Shown one piece after another: positions 46,791-58,627 of a DNA stretch of 64,000 bases (position 1 is its first letter; each line of letters opens with the position of its first letter). Both the position numbers and the translations under genes were made by a program. The stretch is from the NCBI GenBank assembly GCA_949358305.1, contig OX442314.1, positions 26,536,001 to 26,600,000 of the forward strand, given 5' to 3'. Source of the stretch: Strigamia acuminata (lineage: Eukaryota). The notes beneath the pieces are model-generated. The model was given only the letters and a program-made list of their open reading frames with translations, had not been told where the DNA came from and ran no database searches.

Positions 46791-49700
46791 TTAACCCAAC
46801 TTGACTTGTTTTAGACAATTTACGAGTTGTACAAAATCGGTCACGTATTTTGTGTTCGGCTTGGGTCTACGTTTAGACTGTCGAACGGGAGATGGAAATC
46901 TTTTCCTCTTTTTAGACGGATTTTGAGGAGTTTCGTCCTCTTTAGAAGAAATCTGAGAAGTTTCCTCCTCTTTCTCTTCAACTAAATCCTCTGTTTCCAT
47001 GGACACAGGTTCATTTATTAATTCTGAAGAATTAATAACCTGACCTGCCATCCAATCTGGAGTCGGGTGTGACTCGTTGGTACCGACTTTCTGATCTAAT
47101 GTCCATTCCTCAATCGGGTAACTTGGGATATAAGGCATTAAATCCTGTATGTTGATCGCTTTTGCTTTCGTGTTATCGGAAAGCTTACGTAGTGTGTAGG
47201 AACCTCCGCCGAGAACAGCCGTAATTTCCCAAGGTCCATCACGTTTCTCAGCGAATCCTGCCGAAATCCCTTTATCTTTATTTGATAAAATATGTGTGGC
47301 TTTCCACACGAGATCTCCTTTGGCAAATTGACAAATATAATATTTGTCTTTATGTAGTCGATCATGCTTTTCGTAATTCGATTGAATTTTCCGATGCATT
47401 TCGCTGTGTGCACGTCTAATTACGTCTAAAATACTATAGACATAAGCTTCGGGATTCTCTTTGTCGAATTTGATGGCGTGTTTAGTAATACGCGGGTCAA
47501 ATGGCAAAGGAACGATTCTTCCCGTATTAAGAATCATCGGAGAACAATTTGTTGCCTCGGACTTAGCGGTGCGCATCGCAAAGGCAAAAGAATTTAAATA
47601 TTTTGGCCAGTGGGAGTGAATGTCCGAGTATAAAGCTAACATCATTTTTAAAGTCCTGTTAGCCCGCTCTGTAATATTAGCGGCAGCATGATATGGACTA
47701 ATGTGAGCAATATCTACGTGATTCTTTCGACAGAAATCATTAAATATTGTCGACACGAATTGTTTGCCGTTGTCAGAGATTATCTTTTTTGGATATCCCC
47801 AACGGTGGAAAACTTCGCTCATTTTATTAACGATGCATTCACTTGATGCAGTCGCTAGTGGGAAGACTTCAATCCATTTTGTACAATTATCAATGATTAC
47901 TAAAATCCATTTTAATTGTGAACGACCGGCTGGTTTTGGTCCCATCAGGTCAATGCTTACTGTCTCCCACGGGTTGGTCATGTTGTGGGGTGTATAGCTT
48001 GCCCGATGCTTTTGGTGTTGACTAGGTTTGTATTGTTGGCAATGAGTGCAACTGCGAACGTAGTTTCGAGTGTCTTTGCTCATTCTAGGCCAGAAATACA
48101 TCTGTTTTGCTCTATCTAGGGTTTTGCTCATGCCAGCGTGTCCTGTAAGTGGATGGCCATGGCATGCGAATAATGCACGTCTCACAAGCGAGCGTGGAAT
48201 TACCGCCTTAAACCCGTTGCCAGAGTCGTTTAACTCTTCCTCATCGGTCGGAGCAAAATAAATTAGCATAACACCTTTATTTTCTTCCGGTTCGTCGAGA
48301 GTGTAGCCACGAATCGCGTTTAACCAATGTTTATCCGTGACACGATTTTTTAATTTTTCGTCTCCTTTTAGGTAAACAAGGATTTTACTACATGCTGGAT
48401 CTTTAAGCTGCGCTTCGATAATTTCGTCTCGCGTCGGCGGAACTATTTTTAGGATATCTGTTAGCGCAGTGTGTACATTTTCGTGATTACAATTGTGGAC
48501 ATCTATATGTCTGCAATTTTCTCTTGTACATCCTTCTTCCTCCCCCTTTTCTCCAGAATCATGAAATCTAACTGGATTATATGATTCTGAGAAAAAGTCT
48601 AAACTAAGGCCAACATTTGTAAGAAAATGTTTGCGCTCAGTTTCCGTCACTTGTAAAGATGCACACCTGTTTCCATTCCAAGTTGGATAGAAATGGGTGA
48701 TCTCCTCTGGCTCGATATAATCATAATCCGGAGTGTCTAGTGCAGATAGTGGAGCGCGTGATAACGCGTCCGCTACTTGGTTCATTGCGCCGCGTCTAAA
48801 AATAATTTTAAACGCGCCACATTGTATTTTGACGGCCCAACGACCAAACCTTCCGGATGGTTCCGGCGTACTCATCAACCAGCTAAGGGCTTTAGCATCG
48901 GACTCGAGAGTGAAAGTCGTGTATTCAATATATGGGCGAAATCTTTCGATTGCCCATACAACAGCCAAACACTCCAATTCCGGCGTAGAATACCTTACTT
49001 CGGCCCCGTGTAACACTCGACTGGCGTACGCGACTGCTTTCGGGACCATTATTAATTTCTGTTTCTTTTCACAGAATAATTCTACGTCTTGACAGAGTAC
49101 TGCACCTAAGCCTGAATGAGAAGCATCTGTCAAAATGACAAAAGGCTTATTCATATCTGGCATGTGGAGAAGGGCTTGGTCCTTGTCACACAAAATATCT
49201 TTGATAGTTTCGAATGCAGTTGTTTGTGGATCATCCCACACAAACTTTGCTTGATCATGCATAATATTGGTCAATGGACGAGCAATATTTGCGATGTTAG
49301 GAATGAATTTTCGGAAAAAATTTGCAAGTCCTACAAATCTTTGAATGTCTTTAGAACAAGTCGGTTTGGGAAAATTCCTTACAGCCGAGACTTTGTCAGG
49401 GTCTGGAAGAAGAGATCCCTCCGAAATTAAATGGCCTAAAAATCGTAATGATGTTCGACCAAACTTTGACTTGTCTTTATTGATAGTTAGATTTGCGGCA
49501 TCTAACTTCTCAAGTACGTCTTTAATATGTAATAAATGATTTTCCCATGTGTCGGAAAAAATAATTATATCGTCTAAATAAACCAGAGCATGTTTATATA
49601 GAGAGTCACCCAATACGGTAGTCATGAGGTGTTGAAAAGAACTAGGTGCATTACAAAGACCAAATGGCAATCTCTTGAATTGAAATTTGCCTTTTGGGGT

Positions 49701-51077
49701 GTAAAAAGCAGTTTTGCTCTTATCCTCCTCCTCCATTTCCATTTGATGATAACCTTTAGTTAAATCAATGGATGTAAAGTACTTGGCCTGATTAGTATGG
49801 TGAATTAATAGGTCAATACTTGGCATTTGAATTGCATCAACTTCTGTGATCGCATTCAACCAGCGGTAGTCGATACATAATCGATACTTCCCGCCGGGTT
49901 TAGCCACTATGACGGGGTGACTTATATAAGGGCCAGTGGCAGGTTCGATTAACCCATCGGCCTCTAACTCCTCGACCAATTCCGTCATAATTGCCTTCTT
50001 GGCCGGATTGTACATTCTATACGGCTGGTGTTTCCAAGTAGCACCAGGTTTAAACTTGATGCTGTGCTTGGCAACCTTTGTGCAGCCCAATTGATCTCGA
50101 AATACGTTTTTTAATTGCAAAAGAACGTTTACGAGTAACTGTTTTTCTTCCTCCGAGCTGTTGCAGCCTTTGACGAGTTTTTCCACCCAGTCCGGTGAAG
50201 TGGGAGTTCCTTCACCTTGGAGACCCAAAGCCTTAATGCTTGCTAGGCAACAGTTAAGTTCAGTGGTCTCGTATGGTGCTGTCCATCCGGGCATGTCATC
50301 ACAGGTGAACACAGCCCGTCGGGGATTAGGGTTTATCCCCGTTCTACGCATAAAATTGTGACCCAAAATCAACCCACATACATTCTTGTGTAGAATTATG
50401 AAGGTCATAGGTGTAACTCTCCTTTTATCGGCCCATTTGACACAAAGACAAACTTGACCGATAGGTCGGTGATCTATTCCGACTGCGCAGACACGCATTC
50501 CGCGGGGACATTCTTGTATGAATTCCACCGGAATTTCTGTGTTTGAGAGGAGTTGTACTCCAATAAAACATTGGGTGGCTCCAGAGTCCATTAGTGCGTT
50601 GTAATCCAAACCTCCAATTTGGACATTCATACGCGGATCATCTTTGCCACCATTGATTAATTTGCTATTACAAAGTTTGCCAAGCAATACTTTTCGTTCT
50701 TTCTTGTTCCATTTTTCAAGTTTAAGAATTTTCCTTAACTTGAAAACTTTGGGTACAAGCGGTTTCTTTGGTGCATTCCAACTTCCACTGAAAATACTCA
50801 AATTTTCTAGTTGGTCTGTCATGACTTTTAAATTTTCATCGACACCGACAGTAGAGCTGCTAGTCTTTCGACAGACAGGTACTGCTTCGTAAGAAATGAC
50901 CAACGATGGTGGTTTATTCTTCGAATCATCGACATAAGGTACTGTGAGATGACTAGGCTTATGTCTTAATTTAAATTCATCTTTTCGTAAAAATAAATCA
51001 TTTGACAATTCCGAGAGAGGAAACAACTCTTTAAGCGGGGGTTGGGCAACTTGAACAACCCCCTGAATCAGTTTTTT
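46791..51077 (-). CDS. pol: Pol (PR-RT-RH-INT), expressed by -1 frameshift from gag
   Basis: LMDSGA, YLDD, LTDAS, HHCC, IDLMGP, SDNG, ERANR, RDGPW. The frame is open back to the slippery site. Confidence 0.95.
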   Translation of the reverse strand, partial: KKLIQGVVQVAQPPLKELFPLSELSNDLFLRKDEFKLRHKPSHLTVPYVDDSKNKPPSLVISYEAVPVCRKTSSSTVGVDENLKVMTDQLENLSIFSGSWNAPKKPLVPKVFKLRKILKLEKWNKKERKVLLGKLCNSKLINGGKDDPRMNVQIGGLDYNALMDSGATQCFIGVQLLSNTEIPVEFIQECPRGMRVCAVGIDHRPIGQVCLCVKWADKRRVTPMTFIILHKNVCGLILGHNFMRRTGINPNPRRAVFTCDDMPGWTAPYETTELNCCLASIKALGLQGEGTPTSPDWVEKLVKGCNSSEEEKQLLVNVLLQLKNVFRDQLGCTKVAKHSIKFKPGATWKHQPYRMYNPAKKAIMTELVEELEADGLIEPATGPYISHPVIVAKPGGKYRLCIDYRWLNAITEVDAIQMPSIDLLIHHTNQAKYFTSIDLTKGYHQMEMEEEDKSKTAFYTPKGKFQFKRLPFGLCNAPSSFQHLMTTVLGDSLYKHALVYLDDIIIFSDTWENHLLHIKDVLEKLDAANLTINKDKSKFGRTSLRFLGHLISEGSLLPDPDKVSAVRNFPKPTCSKDIQRFVGLANFFRKFIPNIANIARPLTNIMHDQAKFVWDDPQTTAFETIKDILCDKDQALLHMPDMNKPFVILTDASHSGLGAVLCQDVELFCEKKQKLIMVPKAVAYASRVLHGAEVRYSTPELECLAVVWAIERFRPYIEYTTFTLESDAKALSWLMSTPEPSGRFGRWAVKIQCGAFKIIFRRGAMNQVADALSRAPLSALDTPDYDYIEPEEITHFYPTWNGNRCASLQVTETERKHFLTNVGLSLDFFSESYNPVRFHDSGEKGEEEGCTRENCRHIDVHNCNHENVHTALTDILKIVPPTRDEIIEAQLKDPACSKILVYLKGDEKLKNRVTDKHWLNAIRGYTLDEPEENKGVMLIYFAPTDEEELNDSGNGFKAVIPRSLVRRALFACHGHPLTGHAGMSKTLDRAKQMYFWPRMSKDTRNYVRSCTHCQQYKPSQHQKHRASYTPHNMTNPWETVSIDLMGPKPAGRSQLKWILVIIDNCTKWIEVFPLATASSECIVNKMSEVFHRWGYPKKIISDNGKQFVSTIFNDFCRKNHVDIAHISPYHAAANITERANRTLKMMLALYSDIHSHWPKYLNSFAFAMRTAKSEATNCSPMILNTGRIVPLPFDPRITKHAIKFDKENPEAYVYSILDVIRRAHSEMHRKIQSNYEKHDRLHKDKYYICQFAKGDLVWKATHILSNKDKGISAGFAEKRDGPWEITAVLGGGSYTLRKLSDNTKAKAINIQDLMPYIPSYPIEEWTLDQKVGTNESHPTPDWMAGQVINSSELINEPVSMETEDLVEEKEEETSQISSKEDETPQNPSKKRKRFPSPVRQSKRRPKPNTKYVTDFVQLVNCLKQVKLG
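51037..51077 (-). promoter_or_regulatory. -1 ribosomal frameshift signal
   Basis: A AAA AAC, 7-nt spacer, then hairpin GGGGGTTG-11 nt-CAACCCCC. The -1 frame reads KLIQGVVQVAQPPLKELFP into pol. Confidence 0.88.
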
Positions 51078-53116
51078 GTCTCGTCGGGAGTGACTGACTC
51101 AGTGGCTGCTGGTAAATGCTTAATTAACAGGTCAACCATGTTTTTCTGGAAGTCAGTAAATTTGGAGTCTAAAGTTTCTGACGTAACCCAATTTTGTTTG
51201 GGTCGTTTAAACTCGGGGTTGGGAGCAGAGTGGTTAAATCTTTTATTTGCATTTAACGAGTCTGATTTCCCTGCTAATTTTTTGGCAAGAGCGGGACATT
51301 CTCTTTTAAAATGTCCAGGCTCGTGACAGAAAAAGCATTTTCCAGTAGTCTTTTCATACTGGGCGGCAAATAATCGCTCCATTGAACCATCGCCAGTTGA
51401 GTCGTCATTTTCCGACTCGTCTTCATTTTCAACTTCATCTTGAGTTTGCGTTAAACGTAGTGAAGTTTTAGATGGAAAAATCTTAGATTTTTCGTGAAGT
51501 TTGGGAGTAGGATGATTCTCTCGATTATCGTACTCCAATTTTGCTGCAAGTTGAGAACTTTCAAACTTAGAGCGATTTGCTCCTACATATTGTAGAATGT
51601 CATCTACTGTAAAGTTACCATACATTCCTTGTGTACATAACGCCGTGAAACTTTCTTGAGTTAAATTGTCGAATAATTGCGCACGTCCAGTTTTATCACC
51701 TGGCGGCACTTCACCTTGTTCTTGCGTATAACGCAGAAGAAAACTATAAAGTGACTCGTCGGCTCGTTGTTTTACATTAAGAAGTCGCCTTTCTCTTGTA
51801 AGTGGAACGAGGTCGAAACAATCGAGAAAAGAGGCTTCGAAAGTTCGCCAACTGTTAAAAGTATGGCGTTGCTTATGGAACCAACGTTGTGCATGGCCTA
51901 ATAGTCGTCCAGGTACAGCAGTGTGTACCATGTCGTCTAAAGGGATGCCTTTCCCGAGTGCGACAGCTTTGACGATTTCAAGGAATCGCGCAACCTCTGT
52001 CTGTTTCCCGTCAAAAATAGGAATCTCGATTCCTTTCCCAAAATTCTGACTGGGATTACTCGGGCTTCGGATTTGACCTACTAAACCCTGAATAATTTGT
52101 TTTACATTTTCGTCCGACAAATTAGAGGCAGAGTTCGAATTGGGTGTAGACCGACTTTCTTGGTCTCTGGGTGGCGGATTTGGCTCTTCTCGAAAATTTT
52201 GGCGTCTATCAGGTGGCGGAGGAGAACGAGAATTATTACGTCGGTGGAAATTATTGTTATAATTTCCCCCTCCACCAGCGTGAGATTCGTCACTACTCGA
52301 GTTAGGATCGGAGTCACGAGGATCACCAGGAGCTCCGGGAAATCGTTGATTTCTCGGCGGAGCTCGTCCACCTTGAGAGCGGGAATTTCTATAATTCCTA
52401 AAATCCCCATCAGATTGGGTGTGAGATTGAAAATTTTGATAATTTTCATTTCTCCCCCTTGGTTGGACCGACAGATTAGTTCGAGGCTGTGGAACTCTGA
52501 AAGAATCATTCAAATTCCCAGTGGGAGCGGGTAAAATATTATTTACAGCCGTCGCACTTGGTAAATTTCGGGAAATTGGCGCAGAAATATTTCCTTGTCC
52601 GGAATTTCCCATTCTTTCGGCCGAATTCGATCGCCAAGAACTAGCTGGTAACTGAGTCGAAGGTTGAACGGATAATGAAGAATTTAACTGCCCATTGTCG
52701 TCACGAGCAACATTCATTCGCCATCCAGGTAATTGCTGGTAGCGATATGTGGCCGGTGAACGAGGGCCAGTTCGATCTACAGAAACACTTCGTTCGTTGG
52801 TTACAACTACATCGGGAGTAATTACACGATTTCTCTCGTGATGATTATTCGCCGTGTATTGTTGAGCTTCACACAAAGAGGAAAACTGCGTCACTTCCAA
52901 CTGGTAATGGCGACAGTAAACCTCTAAATCATGCGGGACGGATAGTGGATCCGTTCGAGAACTACCTGGGTTGGAAACGTCTCTAGGAACATTTTCTTCC
53001 CCCTGGCTTTCTAAATCAGACTCCACAATTCCTCTTGGTGTTTCACACATACCACCACGTCGTCGTGCTCCACGATTTCCTCGTGTTCCACGAACTCTTA
53101 CAGGTCTACGGGCCAT
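51068..53116 (-). CDS. gag: Gag with a long disordered N-terminus, capsid-like domain and one CCHC knuckle
   Basis: IPIFDG..RFL, LLGHAQRWF..SWRTFEASFL, KQRADESL, CFFCHEPGHFKREC. Confidence 0.92.
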   Translation of the reverse strand: MARRPVRVRGTRGNRGARRRGGMCETPRGIVESDLESQGEENVPRDVSNPGSSRTDPLSVPHDLEVYCRHYQLEVTQFSSLCEAQQYTANNHHERNRVITPDVVVTNERSVSVDRTGPRSPATYRYQQLPGWRMNVARDDNGQLNSSLSVQPSTQLPASSWRSNSAERMGNSGQGNISAPISRNLPSATAVNNILPAPTGNLNDSFRVPQPRTNLSVQPRGRNENYQNFQSHTQSDGDFRNYRNSRSQGGRAPPRNQRFPGAPGDPRDSDPNSSSDESHAGGGGNYNNNFHRRNNSRSPPPPDRRQNFREEPNPPPRDQESRSTPNSNSASNLSDENVKQIIQGLVGQIRSPSNPSQNFGKGIEIPIFDGKQTEVARFLEIVKAVALGKGIPLDDMVHTAVPGRLLGHAQRWFHKQRHTFNSWRTFEASFLDCFDLVPLTRERRLLNVKQRADESLYSFLLRYTQEQGEVPPGDKTGRAQLFDNLTQESFTALCTQGMYGNFTVDDILQYVGANRSKFESSQLAAKLEYDNRENHPTPKLHEKSKIFPSKTSLRLTQTQDEVENEDESENDDSTGDGSMERLFAAQYEKTTGKCFFCHEPGHFKRECPALAKKLAGKSDSLNANKRFNHSAPNPEFKRPKQNWVTSETLDSKFTDFQKNMVDLLIKHLPAATESVTPDETKN

Positions 53117-56100
53117 AATACTCAAAGAAATACACGTACAACAAGAAAAAATAAGATTTTAACTGAACTAGCGTAAATGTAACACGCTTAATATTAAACT
53201 AAGAAATAATTTGAAAAAATACAACCTTAGCTGCTGAAGCTGAAGTGGCTTCGGGAAAGAACTGTCCTGTTGCGTGGTCAAGAATGGTCCAAACGGGCAC
53301 TGGTCACAAAGGCACAACTGGATGGTCGCACTGTCGAAAAGCAAGTGTGGCTGAATATTGGTTGTCAAACTAGCTTCCGGAAAATCTCCTTTGTCAAGAC
53401 AGTCTGCTGTGATTGGCGATGTTGAAAAATTCCTGATAATTTCTAATCCGAAATTCTCAACAATGTCACATCTGGGTGACCTACTCCGAGCTGCATCGTG
53501 AGTGGTTCTCTTTGTCACATTCTTTACTTTGTTAAAGATTAAAATAATAATCAAAAACATTGAAAACAGAACAATAGAAACTTGGTCAAGTTTTTAACCA
53601 GCAAAATAAAATACTTTAACTTTTTATTTTTCAGTCAGCAGGATTTCTAGTCAAATTCGTTTTTTGATCAAAATTCAAGGTTTCGAAATTTTCCAGAATA
53701 TAGCTGAATATTCTGGGAAACTCAATAAAATCATAATAGATTTTTCGTAAGAGATTCGGAATTATAATGAGTTTTTTCAAAATAATCCAAAAATTCGAAT
53801 TCAGATATTTCCAAAAGATAATGAGAATTTTTTGAAAACAAATGGATATTTCACAGTAAATTTATAGAGAAAAAATCGGAAATTTTCTAATTATAATATC
53901 TACATAAAATAATCAAAAAAATTCATTTTTCAATTTTACACTTTGATCACAGAGTTCACTTCGATAAAATGCAACCTATCTCGGTGGAACCTCCACGTGT
54001 GACGATTACCTTCTGGAGATAGCAATTGCTAAACTAAAGTGTGAACTATCCGTGTGAAAATGTAAAATATGCAAACCTGATGTTTTCTCAAAACATATAA
54101 CATTTATTCCGGTTTGAACCTTATATAAATACTATGCCTACAAGTGGCTAAAATGACGAGAAGTTAAACTATACAGTTATTTGGCAAAAGCCCTGAAATA
54201 ATATCATTTGAAGGCTTCAGTCATGCAATAAGAATTTGTAACGGTCTTATTGCTGTGACGTAAAAGATGTCATCTATGAATGGCTTTGGCTTCTAAATGG
54301 TCCGGGGTTTGGTTCTAAAAGGCGTGTAAATGGTTAGGCTGGGTGGGTTATATCCGAGAGGTGCGGTTGACTTTTCTGTATCGTCACACACATCGCATCG
54401 CAGATAATTGTTGTAATCAATAATTACCGCGAGATGTAACAATGTGAGAATAAATAGTCATATTAATTCTATGGAATTAATCATGATATTTTAGAGTCAC
54501 AAACTTAACTAAAACTATGAAAATAAGTAAAATATATTAAAATAGCGCCGAGCTATTTTTTGCCCCGAGTGCAATCAACATCTAAGTTAGACTTAAATGT
54601 TCCGTCAAACCAATAACGAATTGAATCGAAATATCTCGCAGGAAAGGTTATCCATCGCCGGGAAATTACTCCACTCGGTCCTGGCTGGCGGGAGAGTAAC
54701 CGGGAAATGACTCCGCGTCGATCACTCTGATAATGCGTCTGTGAAATATAAATACTCCACTCTAGATTCTACATTACCAATGCGTCTGTGAATTTTACTC
54801 CACTCTAGATTCTGCACTCTACAACGGAATGTTGGCATGAAGCTGGAGGGAGTGCGTCTGTGGGTTGTACCCCACTCTAGATACTACACTTAAATGTGTC
54901 TGTGAATCTCTCCACTCTAGTTACTACATTTCTACAACGGAATGTTGGCATGAAGAGGCGGGCAGTGTGTCTGTGAGTCTTCTACCCACTCTAGATACTT
55001 ACACTAAATACAAAGTATTTCTACAACGGATTGTCGGAACGCAGAGAAGTATAATATGTGCTCAAGTAATATCAGTATCAAACAAAAACAGAACAAGAGC
55101 GAGCTATATCCGTTTTGCAGGGGGATATATACTCGGTGAGGAGAATAGCTGTTCAGTGATCCAATGGGATCACTGGGCAGTCAAATCCATCCAATCCTAG
55201 GTCATAGGAAGTGGATACTCAGGACATAGTCTTCTACTAGGTCCAAAACAGGAACTGGATACGCAGGACACATTTTGGATTAAGTCCCTTTGACTATAAT
55301 CCAAAAGGAGTCCAACTCACAGTGGGTGATGAAGGGTGACTTCACCAGGTGTAAAGTTTGCACATAATTCAATAGAATTATGTGACAAATAAATCAACTA
55401 GCATTTAAACATCCAAAAGTATTTAAAAGTGTCTAAAGTCGCAGTGGAATAAAATATAAATAGTAATTTATATTTTATTCACTCAAAAATTGTCGAAATT
55501 TGAAATTGCCGCTAAAACGTATCAGCGCCATCTATCGGTGAAATAATCGTCCTATACTAACAAAGTGGATGACAGTGTAACCGTCACACGCATATTTGTC
55601 AATCGAGTTGGGAGACAATTATACGAATGGATCCTATACATATTTCTCCGCGTGCTTAAACAAATGCAGATGGAATTCGTGCAAGAAATCATCCACGCGT
55701 CCCGATGGACGGTACACGGCAAATTAGATGCAACCGAATCAGCCCGAGCTCTGGTTCATTTAACACGTTTGTGTGTTGTAGACAGATTTGACATCGCCTG
55801 TATTTTCTGCGTGAAAGACGCAGTCAAGGATCTTTGGAACGAATTGACCAGCGATTTGCAGCGAAAGATTATCGAGCGAGATCCTAACGACGCGTATTTA
55901 CAAAGCCTGATGTTTAATTATTGGGAAGAAAATCTGTTTGAGGCAGATTTAAGCCGAACAAGCGACAGGAAAGTCGAGATGTTGCTGCGGAACGTGAAAT
56001 TCCAAAACCAAAGCGCGGTGCAATATTTCTGGTCGATAATGAGCGAGGACGAACGGAAAGAAGTCTTCTTCGATTGCATCCAAAAAGACGGCGAATTTGA

Positions 56101-56889
56101 CAGTTTGATTAAGGTAATACTCGACGATCACATTCGTTCCACTCGTGGTCTCTGTTTCGGTTTAGACGTCATGTATTTTCTGCTTTCGCAGTTGGACGAG
56201 CAGCAGGGGAACGCCATTTTCGATTCGAAAATCGGAACTCACTTTTTTTTGGTTGTTTTATTTGATTTTTCCTATGTGGAAGTTTTTACGGCCATTTTAG
56301 GTCGGATTTACAACGGGCTTTCGGAGGATGGTTTTCATCAAACACTCAGTCGTATTGTGTGCATTCAATCGACTTGTTTGGAAGACGTCGATCATCTGGC
56401 GAAGGTCAGGGATTGTTTGACGGATTTTTGGGTACGAGCTCCGGCCGAAATGAGGAGACAGGATTGCGTTGTGGATAGTAGTTTTTCATTCAATTTTCGT
56501 TGCTTGTTCTCTTTCAGAGATTTTGCCAATATCGAGTTGTTCTTGCGTGGTTTGAGCGCGGAGACCAAAATAAGAATCGTGTCGAAATACTTTTCCAGGC
56601 CCATCTGAGAATTTCTTTGTTGAATTAACAAGAAATTCTCAACTTTAAAAAAAGTGTAAACTAAACTAAAATTTCAAAAAGATTTTATCAACAAAATAAA
56701 ATGGTGGCATTAAATAAACCAAAATTAAAATCATTAATAACTATTTTTATTTTTTTACACATTTTTCTTACAATCAATAGAACTGTCACTCTGAAACGTA
56801 TTTCTGACGTTTCGTACATCCGACGTTACGTATATCTGACATGGACAGTTTAGTTTCATTATATTGAATCTTCATACATACTCGCAACA

Positions 56890-58115
56890 GATTACCGGTA
56901 GGACAAAATCCGGAAGTTCCTACTCCAGCAGTGTCTACGCTGGAAGTTTCTACAAACAAAAATCCAGTGTGGAATTATTTCACAAAGTCTACCGTCTTCC
57001 CTCGAATATAACGTCATGGCGTTATACGGTATTCATACTTTTTCATGCAACTTCTGAAAAATCAGAAGTTGAGTATGTAAATTGTTCTAAGTTAATTTTA
57101 TTTGACATTTCAATTACAAAAAAGTAGTTATTTTATTACTCAAATCATTTTAACAGCAAAATATTCATCACACTTCACTAAAAGGATTAAAATAACAAGG
57201 TAATGATTCGACCCGTGACCAGCGCCCAGCGCCCTCTCGTGGTCACTTCGCTCATTATTACATAACAACATTACAGCACCCATCAATGCACTCGAATATA
57301 ACGTCATGACGTATTCGAACACAACATCATGACATTATATTCGAAGTGACGTTATATTCGAAAAATCGCTAAAACTTTCGAAAACAGCAATTTTTGAAAA
57401 AACTTGAATATAAGATCATGACGTTATATTCGAGGGAAGACGGTAGTGACGGTCAATCAGCCACTTGTAAAGTTTGGAAAGAGATGGACAAAATGTACCA
57501 GTATCTTATGACAATATCTCCAACCAGTGCGGAATCGGAACGGGCATTTTCGTCAGCTGGAATCTTCTGTACCAAGATAAGTAGCCGCTTTGGTAACCAG
57601 CCTCTGGATTCATTGTGATTTTTACGTTCATATTTTTAAGAATAAATTGTAGTACTACAGTATTATCTAATTATACATGACTGTAAAAACCGGAAGTTTT
57701 AGAAGTCTCGAGGTCGCACAGAATCGAAGAAATGGAAGATACGCCGTGCAGTGTAGTCGACATCGAGGAGATGTTTTTCCGGTTGAGAAGCGAAGACGCG
57801 GAACCAGAAATACGTCGTAGTGTCATAATTTGTCATAATCTTTCTTTTGTCTTTGTATCATGCAGCATGTCTTGAATTTTTAGTCAATTTTCAATCCAGT
57901 TCGATCGTAAGTTTTGATGCAGTTTTTGTCAAATATCAACGTGCAGATCTCTTTTGAACTTTCAAAATGACATGATAACAAATAAATATTTTTGTTGAGA
58001 AATAGATTGACTATCCAGAACCGGTACCAATACCGGTGCCAGTACCGCTCTAGGTAGTAGTATCGGCCCCAATACCGGTGCTCATTTTTCATTCGATACC
58101 AGAACCAAATACCTA
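56890..58115 (+). mobile_element. Internally deleted hAT element relic (BED-finger start joined to the dimerisation domain)
   Basis: After removing the MITE: NPVWNYFTKSSDGQSATCKV, then LMTISPTSAESERAFSSAG..SRF. ACCGGT-rich subterminal region. Boundaries approximate. Confidence 0.7.
56992..57443. mobile_element. pogo/Tigger-like MITE with TA TSD
   Basis: TA|CCGTCTTCCCTCGAATATAACGTCATG...CATGACGTTATATTCGAGGGAAGACGG|TA. Confidence 0.88.
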
Positions 58116-58627
58116 TAGTAAAATGTTATTTTGTCCGATGAATCTCAATTTTGCATTAGATTTGGTAATGGAGGTACGAAGGTGTGGAGCACAAAGTCAG
58201 AAGAACTTCATCCGGATTGTATGAAAAAATCAGTCAAATTTCCTTTGGGGATAATGATCTGGGGTTGCTTTCGTGCTAATGGCATTGGTAAAATTTTAAT
58301 TGTGGATGGTAATATTAATGCTGCAAAGTATGAAAACATGCATAAAACAAGACTTCTTCTTCCAATTTCATCAATATTCAGATTAGTCATTTCTCAACAT
58401 CATCATGGCTGAAAACAAAAAATAAAAATGATACCTTGGCCTGGAAACAGCCCCGACTTAAAGCAGATCGAAAATGTCTGGCAAATTATAAAAAAAATTA
58501 TGTAATGTATCACTAAGGCAGATTTAATTCAAAATCTTGTTGAGATATGTAAAAAAGTGTGTGGTAAAAAGATCTAGGCTTGGTTGGTTTAAACTGAACA
58601 AAAACACATTTATTCGTCCCTCCTTAA

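Larger units (their letters stand above)
41575..55588 (-). mobile_element. 14-kb Ty3/gypsy element with ~1.59-kb LTRs (41575-43163, 53998-55588), gag, pol and an extra ORF3
   Basis: TSD CGCA; TGTGAC..GTCACA ends; 18-nt PBS TGGAGGTTCCACCGAGAT (53978-53995) complementary to the tRNA-Gln 3' end; PPT AAGGGGGAC next to 43163. The LTRs differ at roughly 1% of sites by eye. Confidence 0.97.
41370..56608 (+). pseudogene. Intronless 406-aa helical protein gene with a SOCS-box-like N-terminus, disrupted by an LTR insertion (41370-41574 + 55593-56608)
   Basis: Removing the element and one CGCA copy restores KPMLR|IFVNRVG in frame (1221 nt, no stops). A TATATAAA lies about 35-45 nt upstream of the ATG. 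Confidence 0.85.

Noticed and set aside
55565..56608. 347-aa ORF starting MDDSVTVT
   Set aside because: The GTG start lies inside the LTR; the true N-terminus is at 41370. An LTR-driven truncated product is not supported by anything seen.
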